NCBI GenBank assembly: GCA_963752335.1
Contig: CAVVXW010000003.1
Location: forward strand, 274,672-338,671
Origin: an uncultured Acidimicrobiia bacterium
Lineage (GTDB): Bacteria; Actinomycetota; Acidimicrobiia; IMCC26256; JAENVU01
Direction of reading: 5' to 3'
DNA: 64,000 nt
In this document: piece after piece, positions 27,766 through 37,420 of the stretch
How the letters are laid out: every line of letters starts with the position of its first letter
Numbering within the stretch: position 1 is the stretch's first letter
Notes under the pieces: generated by a model
Told to the model about the DNA's origin: nothing
What the model saw: only the letters and a program-made list of their open reading frames with translations
The model's database searches: none
Translations under genes and position numbers: made by a program

Positions 27766-28497
27766 TCACCACCACGGAACCGGGCGCCCGATCAGGGACT
27801 CGAGGCCGGTGTTTCGTTCCCGGTAGTAGTCGAGCATGCGGTCGCGTGCCTCGGCGTCGATCGGGGGGTACTCCTGGCGGTTGTGATGGTCGGCGCGGAA
27901 GTCGTGGGGCGCGTACCCGAGGGCGTCGACGATCGCGCCGACCACGGTCCGGGGGTCGGCGAACAGCTCCTCGGAGACGGCGATGACGAGGCGGTCCCGG
28001 CCGATGGCCGCGACCCAGCGATCGAGCTGCTCCTCGTAGTGCCCGCGCTCGCGGTAGGTGAACTGGCGTCCCATCCCGGTGTTGTCGGTCCAGAACGCCT
28101 CGTCGAATGACCGGGCCTCGGTGCCCTGCTTGGTGGTGTGGTGGTACTGCGAGATCGCGCGGTCGACGGGGTTGCGGAGCAGGACGACCGCCAACGCGTC
28201 GGGGAGCGCGGAAGCGAACCGGGCCGGGGCATCGTGCTCAGCCAGCAGTGACGGGGTGGCTTCGTAGGCGAACCCCGCGCGCGTGATCGGGAACAACGAC
28301 CGATACCAGAGCAGGCCCCGGTCGTAGCGGTCGTCGAAGAAATGGACTTCCTGATGTCGAGTGAACGACACCGGATGAGCCTCGGGATGGTCGGCCAACC
28401 AGTTGAACAACGAGGTGGTCCCGCCGCGCTGGGTGCCGATGATGACCGCGTCGGGTCGGCGACGCAGCGGGGCCGAGATCGAACGCCAGATCCGCAT
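27766..28497 (-). CDS. Sulfotransferase (Sulfotransfer_1-like)
   Basis: AVIIGTQRGGTTSLFNWL and VVLLRNPVDRAISQYHH. Last gene of the wzm-wzt operon. Confidence 0.85.
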   Translation of the reverse strand: MRIWRSISAPLRRRPDAVIIGTQRGGTTSLFNWLADHPEAHPVSFTRHQEVHFFDDRYDRGLLWYRSLFPITRAGFAYEATPSLLAEHDAPARFASALPDALAVVLLRNPVDRAISQYHHTTKQGTEARSFDEAFWTDNTGMGRQFTYRERGHYEEQLDRWVAAIGRDRLVIAVSEELFADPRTVVGAIVDALGYAPHDFRADHHNRQEYPPIDAEARDRMLDYYRERNTGLESLIGRPVPWW

Positions 28498-28590
28498 CGG
28501 GCGGACGCTACAGGGCGTCGATCCTGCCCGACGGTTGCATCTCGCCGTCGCGGGTCACGCCACCGGACGCACGCCCCCGATGATTCCGCG

Positions 28591-29799
28591 CTACGAGCCG
28601 GGGTTCGTGACCTTCCACGCGGATTCGACGAACACCGGCGAGAGGCGCACGATCGAGCGTGGGGCGGGATCGAGCCGGTGGCGGCCGGCGACCGCCAGCG
28701 AACCGACCGGATGCCACGGCACCATCTCGATGCGCTGGCCGACGGCGCTCCGCGACGTCGTGCGGTAGCAGCCGGCCCAGATGAAGTAGTTGCCGGCCGG
28801 GAGCGGCAGCCGCGGGAGCTCGAGGGTCACGGCCGTACGGCCGGGTTGGAGCTGCATGTCGCGCCGCACCACGAAGATCGGCGTCGGTGCACCTTCGGTC
28901 ACGCCGACGTAGAGATCGACCGGGCACACCTCTTCGGAGTCGACCTCGAAGCTGATCTTGCACATCTCGTCGGTCGACACCAGCGACGAGATCGGGCCCG
29001 TGGTGTGCAGGTTCCGCAGCCGGATGGGGCCGTCGGAGTCGGACGTGATCTCGGCGCGCTGCTCGATCGCGGTTCGGTACTTCCCGAGCACCTCGTCGAT
29101 GGGGCCCGCCGCGCGTACCCGGGCGTCCTCGAGCCAGATGCCGCGCTCGGCGGTCGCGGCGACCGACGCGAGGTCGTGCGAGACGAGCAGCAGTGTCGAT
29201 CCGCTCTGGGTGACCTCGCGCATCCGGTTGAGGCACTTCTGCTGGAACGACGAGTCGCCGACGGCGAGCACCTCGTCCACGATCAGGATGCTCGGTTCGA
29301 GGAAGGCCGCGATGGCGAACCCGATCCGCATCTTCATGCCGCTGGAGTAGAACTTCACCTGGCGGTCGACCGCATCCTCGACCTCGGCGAAGTCGATGAT
29401 CTGGTCGAAGCGCTCGGCGATCTGCTTGCGACTCAGTCCGAGGAGCGTGCCGTACACGGTCACGTTCTCCCGGCCTGTGAGCTCACCGCTGATGCCCGCG
29501 GTCACCTCGATGAGCGCGCCGATGCGACCGCTGGTCTCGACCCGGCCCGAGTGGGGGAACATCACCCCGGAGATGATCTTGAGCAGCGTGGACTTGCCCG
29601 ATCCGTTGACGCCGACGATCCCGACCGCCTCGCCCGGCGCCACCTCGAAGTCGATGTCCTTCAGCACCCACCGCCACGAATCGCGGCTGCTGGGGTGACG
29701 GGTCGCCCGGGCGAGGAGATCGCGGCCGAGCTTGCGGCCTCGGTCCTTCCGGAAGCGCTTCCAGATGTGGCTGACCGAGACCGAGCCGTCAGCTGACAT
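28591..29799 (-). CDS. wzt: Polysaccharide ABC-transporter ATP-binding protein (Wzt/TagH-like) with a C-terminal extension of about 150 aa
   Basis: Walker A GVNGSGKST, signature YSSGMKMRIGF, Walker B ILIVDEVLAVGD. Extra C-terminal domain after about residue 250. Overlaps wzm by 11 nt. Confidence 0.9.
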   Translation of the reverse strand: MSADGSVSVSHIWKRFRKDRGRKLGRDLLARATRHPSSRDSWRWVLKDIDFEVAPGEAVGIVGVNGSGKSTLLKIISGVMFPHSGRVETSGRIGALIEVTAGISGELTGRENVTVYGTLLGLSRKQIAERFDQIIDFAEVEDAVDRQVKFYSSGMKMRIGFAIAAFLEPSILIVDEVLAVGDSSFQQKCLNRMREVTQSGSTLLLVSHDLASVAATAERGIWLEDARVRAAGPIDEVLGKYRTAIEQRAEITSDSDGPIRLRNLHTTGPISSLVSTDEMCKISFEVDSEEVCPVDLYVGVTEGAPTPIFVVRRDMQLQPGRTAVTLELPRLPLPAGNYFIWAGCYRTTSRSAVGQRIEMVPWHPVGSLAVAGRHRLDPAPRSIVRLSPVFVESAWKVTNPGS

Positions 29800-30649
29800 C
29801 GGCGAATCCGGTCTCGAGCTGCTTGAACAGCGCGTAGCCCGCGACGAGCAGCACGGTCGACGTGGCCGCCGCGAGCCCGAAATAGGTCCAGTTCGGAGCC
29901 TGGTTGAAGAGGATCGTCCGCCGGAGGCCGTCGATCACCATGGCGACCGGATTGAGCGTCACGTAGATCGCCCGCCACTGCGCAGGGATCTCGGTGAGCC
30001 CGTAGATCACCGGTGTGACGAAGAGCCCGACCTGGAGCATGAGCGGGAGTGCGTAGCGCAGGTCTCGCACGTAGACCGTGACCGACGAGAAGATCAGACC
30101 CAAGCCGACCGTGAACATCAACAACACGAGGATGAGGAGCGGAGCGAAGACGATGGTCGCCTGCGGGGTGACCCCGTACATCACGAAGAGGACGATCAGC
30201 GCGAGTGAGGCGAAGCAGGAGTCGATGCCGCTGGTCGCCATGGTCGCGAGCGAGAAGACCTCGCGGGGGGCGTAGATCTTGTTGAGCAGCGGATTGCCGA
30301 CCAGCACCGAGCCGGCGGAGGAGACCGCACTGGAGAAGAACGTCCACGCGAGCAGCCCGGTGTAGGAGAACACCGGGTACGCGATGTGGTGCGTGTGGAT
30401 GTTCGTCACCTTCGCCTTGGAGAGGAAGATCGAGAAGACGACCATGAAGACCAACGGCGTGACGAGCGCCCACGCGAAGCCGAGCACCGACTGGCTGTAC
30501 CGGACCCGTACCTCGCGGCGGGCGAGGTTGAAGATGATGTGCCGTGATTCCCACACCGCGCGCAGCGCGGGACGCAGGTGGAGTCCGCGGCGATAGCGGA
30601 GCTCTGGCGGCGGCGTCTCGGGTAGGGACTCGTTCACGGTGTGGGTCAC
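29789..30649 (-). CDS. wzm: ABC-2 type polysaccharide export permease (Wzm-like)
   Basis: REVRVRYSQSVLGFAWALVTPLVFMVVF and six hydrophobic segments. GTG start at 30649. Confidence 0.9.
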   Translation of the reverse strand: MTHTVNESLPETPPPELRYRRGLHLRPALRAVWESRHIIFNLARREVRVRYSQSVLGFAWALVTPLVFMVVFSIFLSKAKVTNIHTHHIAYPVFSYTGLLAWTFFSSAVSSAGSVLVGNPLLNKIYAPREVFSLATMATSGIDSCFASLALIVLFVMYGVTPQATIVFAPLLILVLLMFTVGLGLIFSSVTVYVRDLRYALPLMLQVGLFVTPVIYGLTEIPAQWRAIYVTLNPVAMVIDGLRRTILFNQAPNWTYFGLAAATSTVLLVAGYALFKQLETGFADVS

Positions 30650-30752
30650 GTTCGGGCCGGTATCCGGGATTGGGCGGACCGGGACTCTACACGCCGCCGC
30701 CGGAGCTCCCGACCGCGTCGCCGGCGCGGCGATTGGGTACCCTGCGGCCCCA

Positions 30753-31577
30753 ATGGCGGCCAGCAGCTTCCGGGCGAGACTCTCGCGGCTCCCACTCGTC
30801 GCCTACAAGCGCTGGCAGATCCGTGTCGGCGTCCCGCTCCGGCGTCGGGCGCTCGCACGGCGTGTCGACGGGTTCGAGCCCGGCGCCGTCACCGTCGTCA
30901 CGGTGAACTGGAACACGCTCCCCTACCTGCGCACCATGTGCGAGATGGTGCGACGCCATTCACCGGCGGGGACGCGGATCGTCGTCGTCGACAATGCGTC
31001 CACCGACGGGTCGCGCGAGTGGATCCGCTCGAACCCCGACGTCGTCGGACGGCTCTTGCCCTACAACCTGCACCACGGTCCCGCCGCCGATCTCGGTGCG
31101 CTCCTCGTGCGGACGGAGTTCCTGGTCCTGCTCGACGTCGACGCGTTCCCGTTCTCCGCCGACTGGCTGCCCGCGGTGCTGGAACCCCTCCGTGCCGGCG
31201 CGACGGTCGCGGGGGGGCACATCCACCGCAACTACGTGCACCCGTCGTTCCTCGCGATGCGCATGCGCGACTTCGTGCTCCGCCGGCATTCGTTCACGGT
31301 GGTCGGTCGGTGGCACAAGGGAGTGACCGCGGGCGAGGAAGGGTTCCGCGACGCCGGGGAGGACATCTCCATCCGGGAGCGTGAGCAGTTCGGGCCGGAC
31401 GCGACGCACCTGATCCCGGTCACGAGCAGCCGCGGACCCGGCCTGCTGGGGACGGTGTTCGGCGATGTCGTGTACCACAACTTCTTCTCGACCGGCTACG
31501 GCCGCTCGAGCGAGTGGAGCGACGAGACCACGGGTGCGTGGGACGAGGCCGTCGCCCGCTATGTGGACCGGAGCTGA
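30753..31577 (+). CDS. Glycosyltransferase family 2-like (type A paralogue 3 of 3)
   Basis: VTVVTVNWNTLPYLRTM, IVVVDNASTDGS, LDVDAFP. ATG at 30753 inside track ORF 30639..31577. Confidence 0.8.
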   Translation: MAASSFRARLSRLPLVAYKRWQIRVGVPLRRRALARRVDGFEPGAVTVVTVNWNTLPYLRTMCEMVRRHSPAGTRIVVVDNASTDGSREWIRSNPDVVGRLLPYNLHHGPAADLGALLVRTEFLVLLDVDAFPFSADWLPAVLEPLRAGATVAGGHIHRNYVHPSFLAMRMRDFVLRRHSFTVVGRWHKGVTAGEEGFRDAGEDISIREREQFGPDATHLIPVTSSRGPGLLGTVFGDVVYHNFFSTGYGRSSEWSDETTGAWDEAVARYVDRS

Positions 31578-31703
31578 GCGGGTCCCGTGCTCCCCGGGTG
31601 ACGCCGGCCCGCCACGGACCGTGGCCGTCACACGATCCGCGCGGAACCGCATGGTTGGAGCAGGGCCATGTTCGCTCTTCGCGCGTGAATTGTGAATCTT
31701 CTC

Positions 31704-31732
31704 TTGACACCCTCGGTGGCGGTCCGTAAAGA
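31704..31732 (+). promoter_or_regulatory. Candidate sigma-70-type promoter (TTGACA, 17 nt spacer, TAAAGA)
   Basis: Perfect -35 hexamer at 31704-31709, a 17-nt spacer and an A/T-rich -10-like hexamer at 31727-31732, in an unusually A/T-rich ~400-bp intergenic region. Motif match only. Confidence 0.35.
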
Positions 31733-31973
31733 TCCCCCCCGACCGCACGGCCGTCTGACTTCTTCATGAGGAGGCGAGACGGTTGGTCATGGGCGGGCCG
31801 GCGTTGCTGCCGGCCGAAGCTGGGGGGAGTCACATGACGAGTGTCACGACAGCGTCGCTGATCACGTCGTCTCCTTCCGTCTATCTCCGGTCCGTCGCGG
31901 TCACGGCCGGCAATGCACACGGGTCTGGGAGCTTCCCGGCCCCGGTACATCCCTGCGGGGAAGGAGCAATTAC

Positions 31974-32759
31974 ATGATCAAGCGAGTAATTGGGGCCGTG
32001 TCGGCCTCATTGCTGCTCGGCGGCCTCGTCGCGTTCGCGGCGCCGGCGGGTGCGACCGTCACCAGTGTGGGCGGTTGTGCCGGCATGAAGGCCACCGGCA
32101 GCATCAAGAGCAGCGTTCCCGGCCAGGGCCTCACCACCGCCGACAACCAGGACGCATCCGTCTCGATGAAGGGCGTGGACCCGAACACACTCAAGGGTTC
32201 GAGCCTCGGTGCCTGCGTGTTCAGCGGTGGGCTCTCCACCCCGGACAGCTCGAAGCCCGTCGTCAAGGGCTACAGCGGCGGTCACGCCGTCGCGAAGTGG
32301 TCGGCGAAGTTCTACTCGCCGGAGACGGACTGCAACACGCTCGACACCGGTGACCTCACCGAGTGGCCGCTCAACGGCAACCTGAAGATCAGCTACACCG
32401 ACCTCACCACGTCGGCGAAGCCGCAGTCATTGTCGGCGAACATCGCGATCGACGGCTTCACCGACCCTGACAACAACCCGGGGACGCCGAGTGACGTCGT
32501 CGCCGCGCACGGTCTGGTGATCAAGGGTGTCGCTTCGGGTGCCGACATGGCCGCCGAGGTGTACTTCGACCCGGTGTTCAAGGACAAGACCCAGACGACG
32601 GCCCACCCGTACTTCGGGTACAGCCTGGACATCCTCAACGCAGCTGGCTGCGCCACGGGTGACCCGGCCAACATCACCGGCTTCGTCTCGGGTGACGGAA
32701 CGAGTGAGTTCCTGGCCCTGCCTGCTGCTGGTATCAGCCTCAGCATCGGCCAGCCCTAA
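31974..32759 (+). CDS. Secreted protein of unknown function (Sec signal peptide)
   Basis: AAGGAG 7 nt upstream of the ATG. Signal MIKRVIGAVSASLLLGGLVAFAAPAGA. Followed by a strong hairpin. Confidence 0.8.
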   Translation: MIKRVIGAVSASLLLGGLVAFAAPAGATVTSVGGCAGMKATGSIKSSVPGQGLTTADNQDASVSMKGVDPNTLKGSSLGACVFSGGLSTPDSSKPVVKGYSGGHAVAKWSAKFYSPETDCNTLDTGDLTEWPLNGNLKISYTDLTTSAKPQSLSANIAIDGFTDPDNNPGTPSDVVAAHGLVIKGVASGADMAAEVYFDPVFKDKTQTTAHPYFGYSLDILNAAGCATGDPANITGFVSGDGTSEFLALPAAGISLSIGQP

Positions 32760-32786
32760 GCAACCCGTAGCACTCCTGCACCACTG

Positions 32787-32818
32787 ATGAGGCCCGCCCC
32801 TTCGGGGGCGGGCCTCAT
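32787..32818 (+). terminator. Intrinsic-terminator-like hairpin (14-bp perfect stem, TTCG loop)
   Basis: ATGAGGCCCGCCCC-TTCG-GGGGCGGGCCTCAT, 28 nt after the stop at 32759. No clear U-tract. Confidence 0.65.
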
Positions 32819-33092
32819 CGCGTCCACGGTGCGGTCGTGGTGGTGCCAGACGGCCCGGTTGACGCCACCCGAGCCTCCCCGCAGGCGCCGGACGTGCCTC
32901 GGCACGCCGGGGCGAGTAGGTGGAGTGGGTGGAGTGGGTCGAGCTTCGAGCTCCGCCCGGCTCACCGCCTCGCACGTGGCGTCCGCCGCCGTCGGGGCCT
33001 GTGGCGCCACGCTCCGGAGCACCCCACCCGACGCACGACCCTGGCGGTGGAGGTTCGGGGGCGAGCCGCCGCGTCACCGACGGCGCCGGGAG

Positions 33093-34037
33093 TCAGGGGC
33101 TCGAGGACGTCGTCGTGGACGGCGGCGCGGCGCACGCGATGGGGAGGACCTGGCCGTCGAGCGTCGTGGCCACGCGGTCGATGAGCGAGGCCGTGGTCAC
33201 CATCACGAGATTGCCGGCGACCGCGACCGCCAGGTCCGGGGTCACCGAGCAGAGATGCTGGAACTCGTCTCGGGCGAAGCGCGCCGCGGGTGTCGTCGCC
33301 TTCGACCCGGCCGCGACCTCGATCGCCACGCCCGAACAGCGGCCCAGGGCGGCCGGGAGGCCCTTCTGGATGTAGTTCACCTGATTCGAGAGCGCATCCC
33401 GGTCCGTCACCGTGAACGCCGTGCACCCGACGCCGGCGTCACCGAGCTTCTTCGCTGCGGCCGTGATGGCCTCAAGGGCGTGGGTGTCCCAGTCCAGTCC
33501 CCCGGCGCCGGGGCAGGCGGTCCCGAGATAGGTCGCGTCCAGGGCGGCGGCCAGCTGGCGGCCCACGATCTCGGTGTCGGGTTGGATGACCCAGTTCGGA
33601 CCCACCACCCAGCGCAAGCCGTGGAGGTGGTAGTTCTTCTCCTTCGAGTGTCTGCAGAGCCAGGCCGCTCGGTCGTGGGTGTACCGGCGGGCGTCCTTGT
33701 GCGACGCGACGAGCGTGAGCTCGAGGTCCTCGGCGTCGCTGTTGGCCGGGCTCGTACAGGAGGCCTGTGCGAGCACGGGCACGGAGCTCTCCAAGCGTGC
33801 CTGGGTCGCGTCGGCCGCGGCCTTGGCCTCGTAGGCGAAGGCGCTGCAGTTCGGCCCGACGGCGGGGGTGATCCGGGCCGACAACGCCTTCAGTTGCTGC
33901 GCATCGGACTTGCGGTAGCCCCCGAAGGCCGCGGGGCCGGTCGTCGTCGTCGTTCCCGCCGTGGAGGAGCCGCCCGAGGAGCAGCCGGTCGCGACCGCGG
34001 CCGCGCAGACAACGACCGGGAGGATGCGCTTGAGCAT
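33093..34037 (-). CDS. Lipoprotein of unknown function
   Basis: AAGGAG 7 nt upstream of the ATG at 34037. Signal plus lipobox MLKRILPVVVCAAAVATGC. Upstream part of the track ORF is rejected. Confidence 0.75.
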   Translation of the reverse strand: MLKRILPVVVCAAAVATGCSSGGSSTAGTTTTTGPAAFGGYRKSDAQQLKALSARITPAVGPNCSAFAYEAKAAADATQARLESSVPVLAQASCTSPANSDAEDLELTLVASHKDARRYTHDRAAWLCRHSKEKNYHLHGLRWVVGPNWVIQPDTEIVGRQLAAALDATYLGTACPGAGGLDWDTHALEAITAAAKKLGDAGVGCTAFTVTDRDALSNQVNYIQKGLPAALGRCSGVAIEVAAGSKATTPAARFARDEFQHLCSVTPDLAVAVAGNLVMVTTASLIDRVATTLDGQVLPIACAAPPSTTTSSSP

Positions 34038-34140
34038 GCAGGCTCTCCTTGACGACGGCGAGAGCGGAGAGTCTCGCGCGCCGGCCCTCGTCCTGGGGTC
34101 GCGCGGCCCGCGACCGTCGACCCCGTGCGAGACTTCGAGG

Positions 34141-35373
34141 ATGACACGCTCCCGCCGCTCCACGTTCGCCGTCCTCGTGACGACCGCCGTGCTGATGGCG
34201 GCGTGCTCCTCGGGGGGCGGAGGTACCGGAACCACGCCCAAGTCGGTGCTCGGTGACGTGGCGAGAGCAACGGCGGCGGGCCACTCCGGCAGGATCACCG
34301 GCCGGGTCTCGGTCGGCGGAGCCGCCGACGCGCTCAGCGGTCGGTGGAGCGGGGCGACCATCGATGCGGGGAGCGGCGAGGCCGGCATCTCCGTGGGCGC
34401 CGCGGCCACGTTGCGGCTCCGGTGGGCCGCCGGCACGGTCTACGGCCGCCGCGACGGTGACCTGCCGGCCACGTTTCCCGCCTCGATCTCGTCGCTCGTC
34501 ACCTCGATCGACCCCGGCCGCTGGCGCGCCCTGCCGGTGAGCCCGATCTCCGACGCGGTCGTGACCCCGTTCTCGCCGCCGGCGCTGGTCCGGTACCTCG
34601 CCCAGCACGGAGTGGTCGGACGATCGCAGGCGGGGCCCCGAATCTCGGGAACGCCGACGCGCCACATCACGGTCAAGGGGACCGGTCTGTTGTTCGCATG
34701 GTCCGGACTCGGGGTGGACCTCTGGGTCGACGGCCACGATCGGGTCGTGCGGGTGGGGATCGGTACGAAGGCGGAAGGTATGCAGTACGACGTCTCGTAC
34801 CGTTCCGTCGCGCCGGTGTCGACGCCGGACTCCTTGGCGGTTCCGAGCACCGCCCCGACCTCGTTCCGCCCGGTCGGTCCCTACGCGACCATCGCGTCCG
34901 GCCAGAGCGACGCCGTCACCTGGCGGGTCCTCCAGGCTCCCGGGTCGGACGGGAGGCAGTGCTGGCGGGCCGAGATGACGCCCCCGATCGTCGTGCGCAA
35001 GCCCAACGGTCCCGATGGCGCGCGTTGTGCTCTGCCGCCTCAGCCTGACGACGAGCCTGAGCAACGGGTCGAGTTCATGATCCTGACCGACGGCTCGGCG
35101 CCGTTCACGATCCTCGCGGCCCGGGTTCCCGCGGGGTCCCAGGCCGTGATCGGCTTCGTCGGGTCGCACCAGGTCTTCCCCATGAACGTCACGGGAGAGG
35201 TCGCGGTCTGGGCCGGGCCGACGGATCCGGCACCCGGCTACGTCGGCGTCCAGTTCCCGGACGGAACGAAGCTGGATTGTGGTGTCGGCGCGATCTCGAC
35301 CGCCGACGATCTCACGGACGGGTCGTTGGCGCCCGAGCCCTACGCGCTGCCCTGGGGCTGTCTCTCCGAGTGA
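34141..35373 (+). CDS. Lipoprotein of unknown function
   Basis: [26 protein letters not shown] (lipobox). Divergent from the neighbouring lipoprotein gene. Confidence 0.7.
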   Translation: MTRSRRSTFAVLVTTAVLMAACSSGGGGTGTTPKSVLGDVARATAAGHSGRITGRVSVGGAADALSGRWSGATIDAGSGEAGISVGAAATLRLRWAAGTVYGRRDGDLPATFPASISSLVTSIDPGRWRALPVSPISDAVVTPFSPPALVRYLAQHGVVGRSQAGPRISGTPTRHITVKGTGLLFAWSGLGVDLWVDGHDRVVRVGIGTKAEGMQYDVSYRSVAPVSTPDSLAVPSTAPTSFRPVGPYATIASGQSDAVTWRVLQAPGSDGRQCWRAEMTPPIVVRKPNGPDGARCALPPQPDDEPEQRVEFMILTDGSAPFTILAARVPAGSQAVIGFVGSHQVFPMNVTGEVAVWAGPTDPAPGYVGVQFPDGTKLDCGVGAISTADDLTDGSLAPEPYALPWGCLSE

Positions 35374-35473
35374 CCGGGACGCCGCCGTGCCCGCGGTGTC
35401 GATGCGCCCGGCCCCGGCGGATCCAGCACCGCGTGTGGGCAGTAGGCTGATGCGCCTTTCCGGGGAGGTCAGA

Positions 35474-36340
35474 TTGCGCGGCATCGTGCTTGCAGGCGGG
35501 TCGGGGACGCGACTCGCGCCCATGACGTCGGCAATGGTGAAGCAGCTCCTGCCCGTCTACGACAAGCCCATGATCTACTACCCGTTGTCGACGCTCATGA
35601 CTGCCGGCATCCGGGAGGTCCTGATCGTCTCGACGCCCGAGGACCTCCCCCGCTTTCGGCGGCTCCTCGGAGACGGGCGCCGCTGGGGTTGCCGCTTCGA
35701 GTACGCGGAGCAGGCGCGCCCGGAAGGCCTGGCCCAGGCCTTCGTCATCGGTGAGGAGTTCGTGGGGGGGGAGCGGGTGGCCCTCGTGCTCGGGGACAAC
35801 GTCTTCTTCGGCACCAATCTCCGGGAACGGTTGCGCGCCGCCGTGGACCGCGACGCCGCCACCGTGTTCGCGTACCACGTGGCCGACCCCGAACGGTACG
35901 GCGTGATCGAGTTCGATGCGGGCGGGCGGCCGAGCGCCATCGTCGAGAAGCCCTCGACGCCGCGATCGAACTACGCGGTCCCGGGGCTCTACTTCTTCCC
36001 CGGCGACGTGGCTCGGGTCGCGTCCAAGGTCGCGCCGAGCGCACGGGGTGAGTACGAGATCACCGAGGTGATCGCTCACTACCTCGCCGTCGGCGCCCTC
36101 GAGGTCGAGACCCTGGACCGCGGCACGGCGTGGCTCGACACCGGGACGTTCGAGTCGCTCATGCAGGCCGCGCAGTTCGTGCAGGTCGTCGAGGACCGCC
36201 AGGGCCTCAAGGTCGGGTGTCCCGAGGAGGTGGCCTGGCGAGAGGGATTCATCGACGACGCCGCGCTCCGGGTGCTCGCCGAGCCACTCCGCAAGAGCGG
36301 GTACGGCGACTACCTGCTGGGACTGCTGGGAGATCCATGA
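35474..36340 (+). CDS. rmlA: Glucose-1-phosphate thymidylyltransferase
   Basis: TTG start preceded by GGGGAGG. (M)[69 protein letters not shown]. Confidence 0.9.
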   Translation: MRGIVLAGGSGTRLAPMTSAMVKQLLPVYDKPMIYYPLSTLMTAGIREVLIVSTPEDLPRFRRLLGDGRRWGCRFEYAEQARPEGLAQAFVIGEEFVGGERVALVLGDNVFFGTNLRERLRAAVDRDAATVFAYHVADPERYGVIEFDAGGRPSAIVEKPSTPRSNYAVPGLYFFPGDVARVASKVAPSARGEYEITEVIAHYLAVGALEVETLDRGTAWLDTGTFESLMQAAQFVQVVEDRQGLKVGCPEEVAWREGFIDDAALRVLAEPLRKSGYGDYLLGLLGDP

Positions 36341-37329
36341 ATCGGGCACGCGGCTTCCGCGTGAGCCCGTCGGGGCGGGTGGTCCCGCCGCCGAGGGCGA
36401 CGGCACCGCCGGTCGCGCCCACGGTGCCGCAGCTCACGCAGACGGTGCCGGCGCCGGCGCCGGCGCGCCCGGCGTCACCGCCGGTCCAGGCCCCGTCGGT
36501 ACCCGCGGTCGCGCCGACGACGCCCGACCCGCCCATGCGGCGGCGCCAACCCCCGGTCGTGTCGAGTCCGAAGTCACGGTCGGGGCGCGTCGGCGCCCCG
36601 AGGCGGGAGGGTCCGCCGGCGCCCGCGCCTCCCGCCCGCGTGGAGACGCCGGGTGTCGTCGCGTTGGGCGGGAGCGGCGTCGACGACTTCCTCCCTTCCC
36701 CCGCCGTCGCGCGCCCGGGTCGGCGCCGTCGCAACCGGCGCCGCCGCCGCCCGCTGATCGCGCTGATCGCGGGCTCGGCGGTGGTCGCCCTGGCGGTGGG
36801 AGGCTGGGCGCTGACCGACCGGGGCGGTCGCCGTGGCACGGATCGGGCGGTGGCGACTCGACCGGCCCGCCCGACCGCGCACCGGACGGGCCCCGTGACC
36901 TCGCCGAGCACCTCGACGACGACCACGACCACGACCACGACCGCTCCGGCCGCGAGCGGCGATCCGGCCGGGACCGCCACGGGCGCGGGAGCAGCGGCCG
37001 GCTCGGCCGCCACGCCCGGTGCCGGCGCTCCGGCCGGCGATCCCGCGACCGACCCCTTGCAGGGGCTCGCGCTCGTGATGGACTCGGGCTCGTGCCGCTA
37101 CGACCCCGGGAGCGGGGACCTGCTCGCCACGGGATCGGTCCGCAACGACAACGCCGACTGGGCGTCCGTCGAGGTCGAGGTCGTCTGGTCGGACGACACG
37201 GGTGACCTGGATTCCTGGAGCGAGCTGGTGCAACCGGACGCCCACGCGTCGGAGTCGTGGGACTTCTCGGGGAGCGCCGTGGACCCGCCCCAGGGTGCCC
37301 TGCGATGTGACGCGCACTTCCTCCCCTGA
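36337..37329 (+). CDS. Pro/Thr-rich single-pass membrane protein of unknown function
   Basis: ATGA overlap with the rmlA stop. Pro-rich N-terminus, [31 protein letters not shown] anchor, poly-Thr linker, small Cys-containing C-terminal domain. Confidence 0.6.
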   Translation: MNRARGFRVSPSGRVVPPPRATAPPVAPTVPQLTQTVPAPAPARPASPPVQAPSVPAVAPTTPDPPMRRRQPPVVSSPKSRSGRVGAPRREGPPAPAPPARVETPGVVALGGSGVDDFLPSPAVARPGRRRRNRRRRRPLIALIAGSAVVALAVGGWALTDRGGRRGTDRAVATRPARPTAHRTGPVTSPSTSTTTTTTTTTAPAASGDPAGTATGAGAAAGSAATPGAGAPAGDPATDPLQGLALVMDSGSCRYDPGSGDLLATGSVRNDNADWASVEVEVVWSDDTGDLDSWSELVQPDAHASESWDFSGSAVDPPQGALRCDAHFLP

Positions 37330-37333
37330 GCAG

Positions 37334-37363
37334 CCGGTCGGGCCCGGGTCCGGACCCGACCGG
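37334..37363 (+). terminator. Hairpin CCGGTCGGG...CCCGACCGG followed by ATTT
   Basis: 9-bp outer stem read from the sequence, 5 nt after the stop at 37329. Confidence 0.4.
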
Positions 37364-37420
37364 ATTTCCATTCCGAGCACCGTCCGGCTAACGTGAACGG
37401 CTGCTCCGTGTTACTTCGGC

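Noticed and set aside
32919-32936. Tandem 9-mer GGTGGAGTG x2 in the gap 32819..33092
   Set aside because: It has only two units, lies in a GC-rich untranslated gap and has no associated structure or ORF. It is too weak to call a feature.
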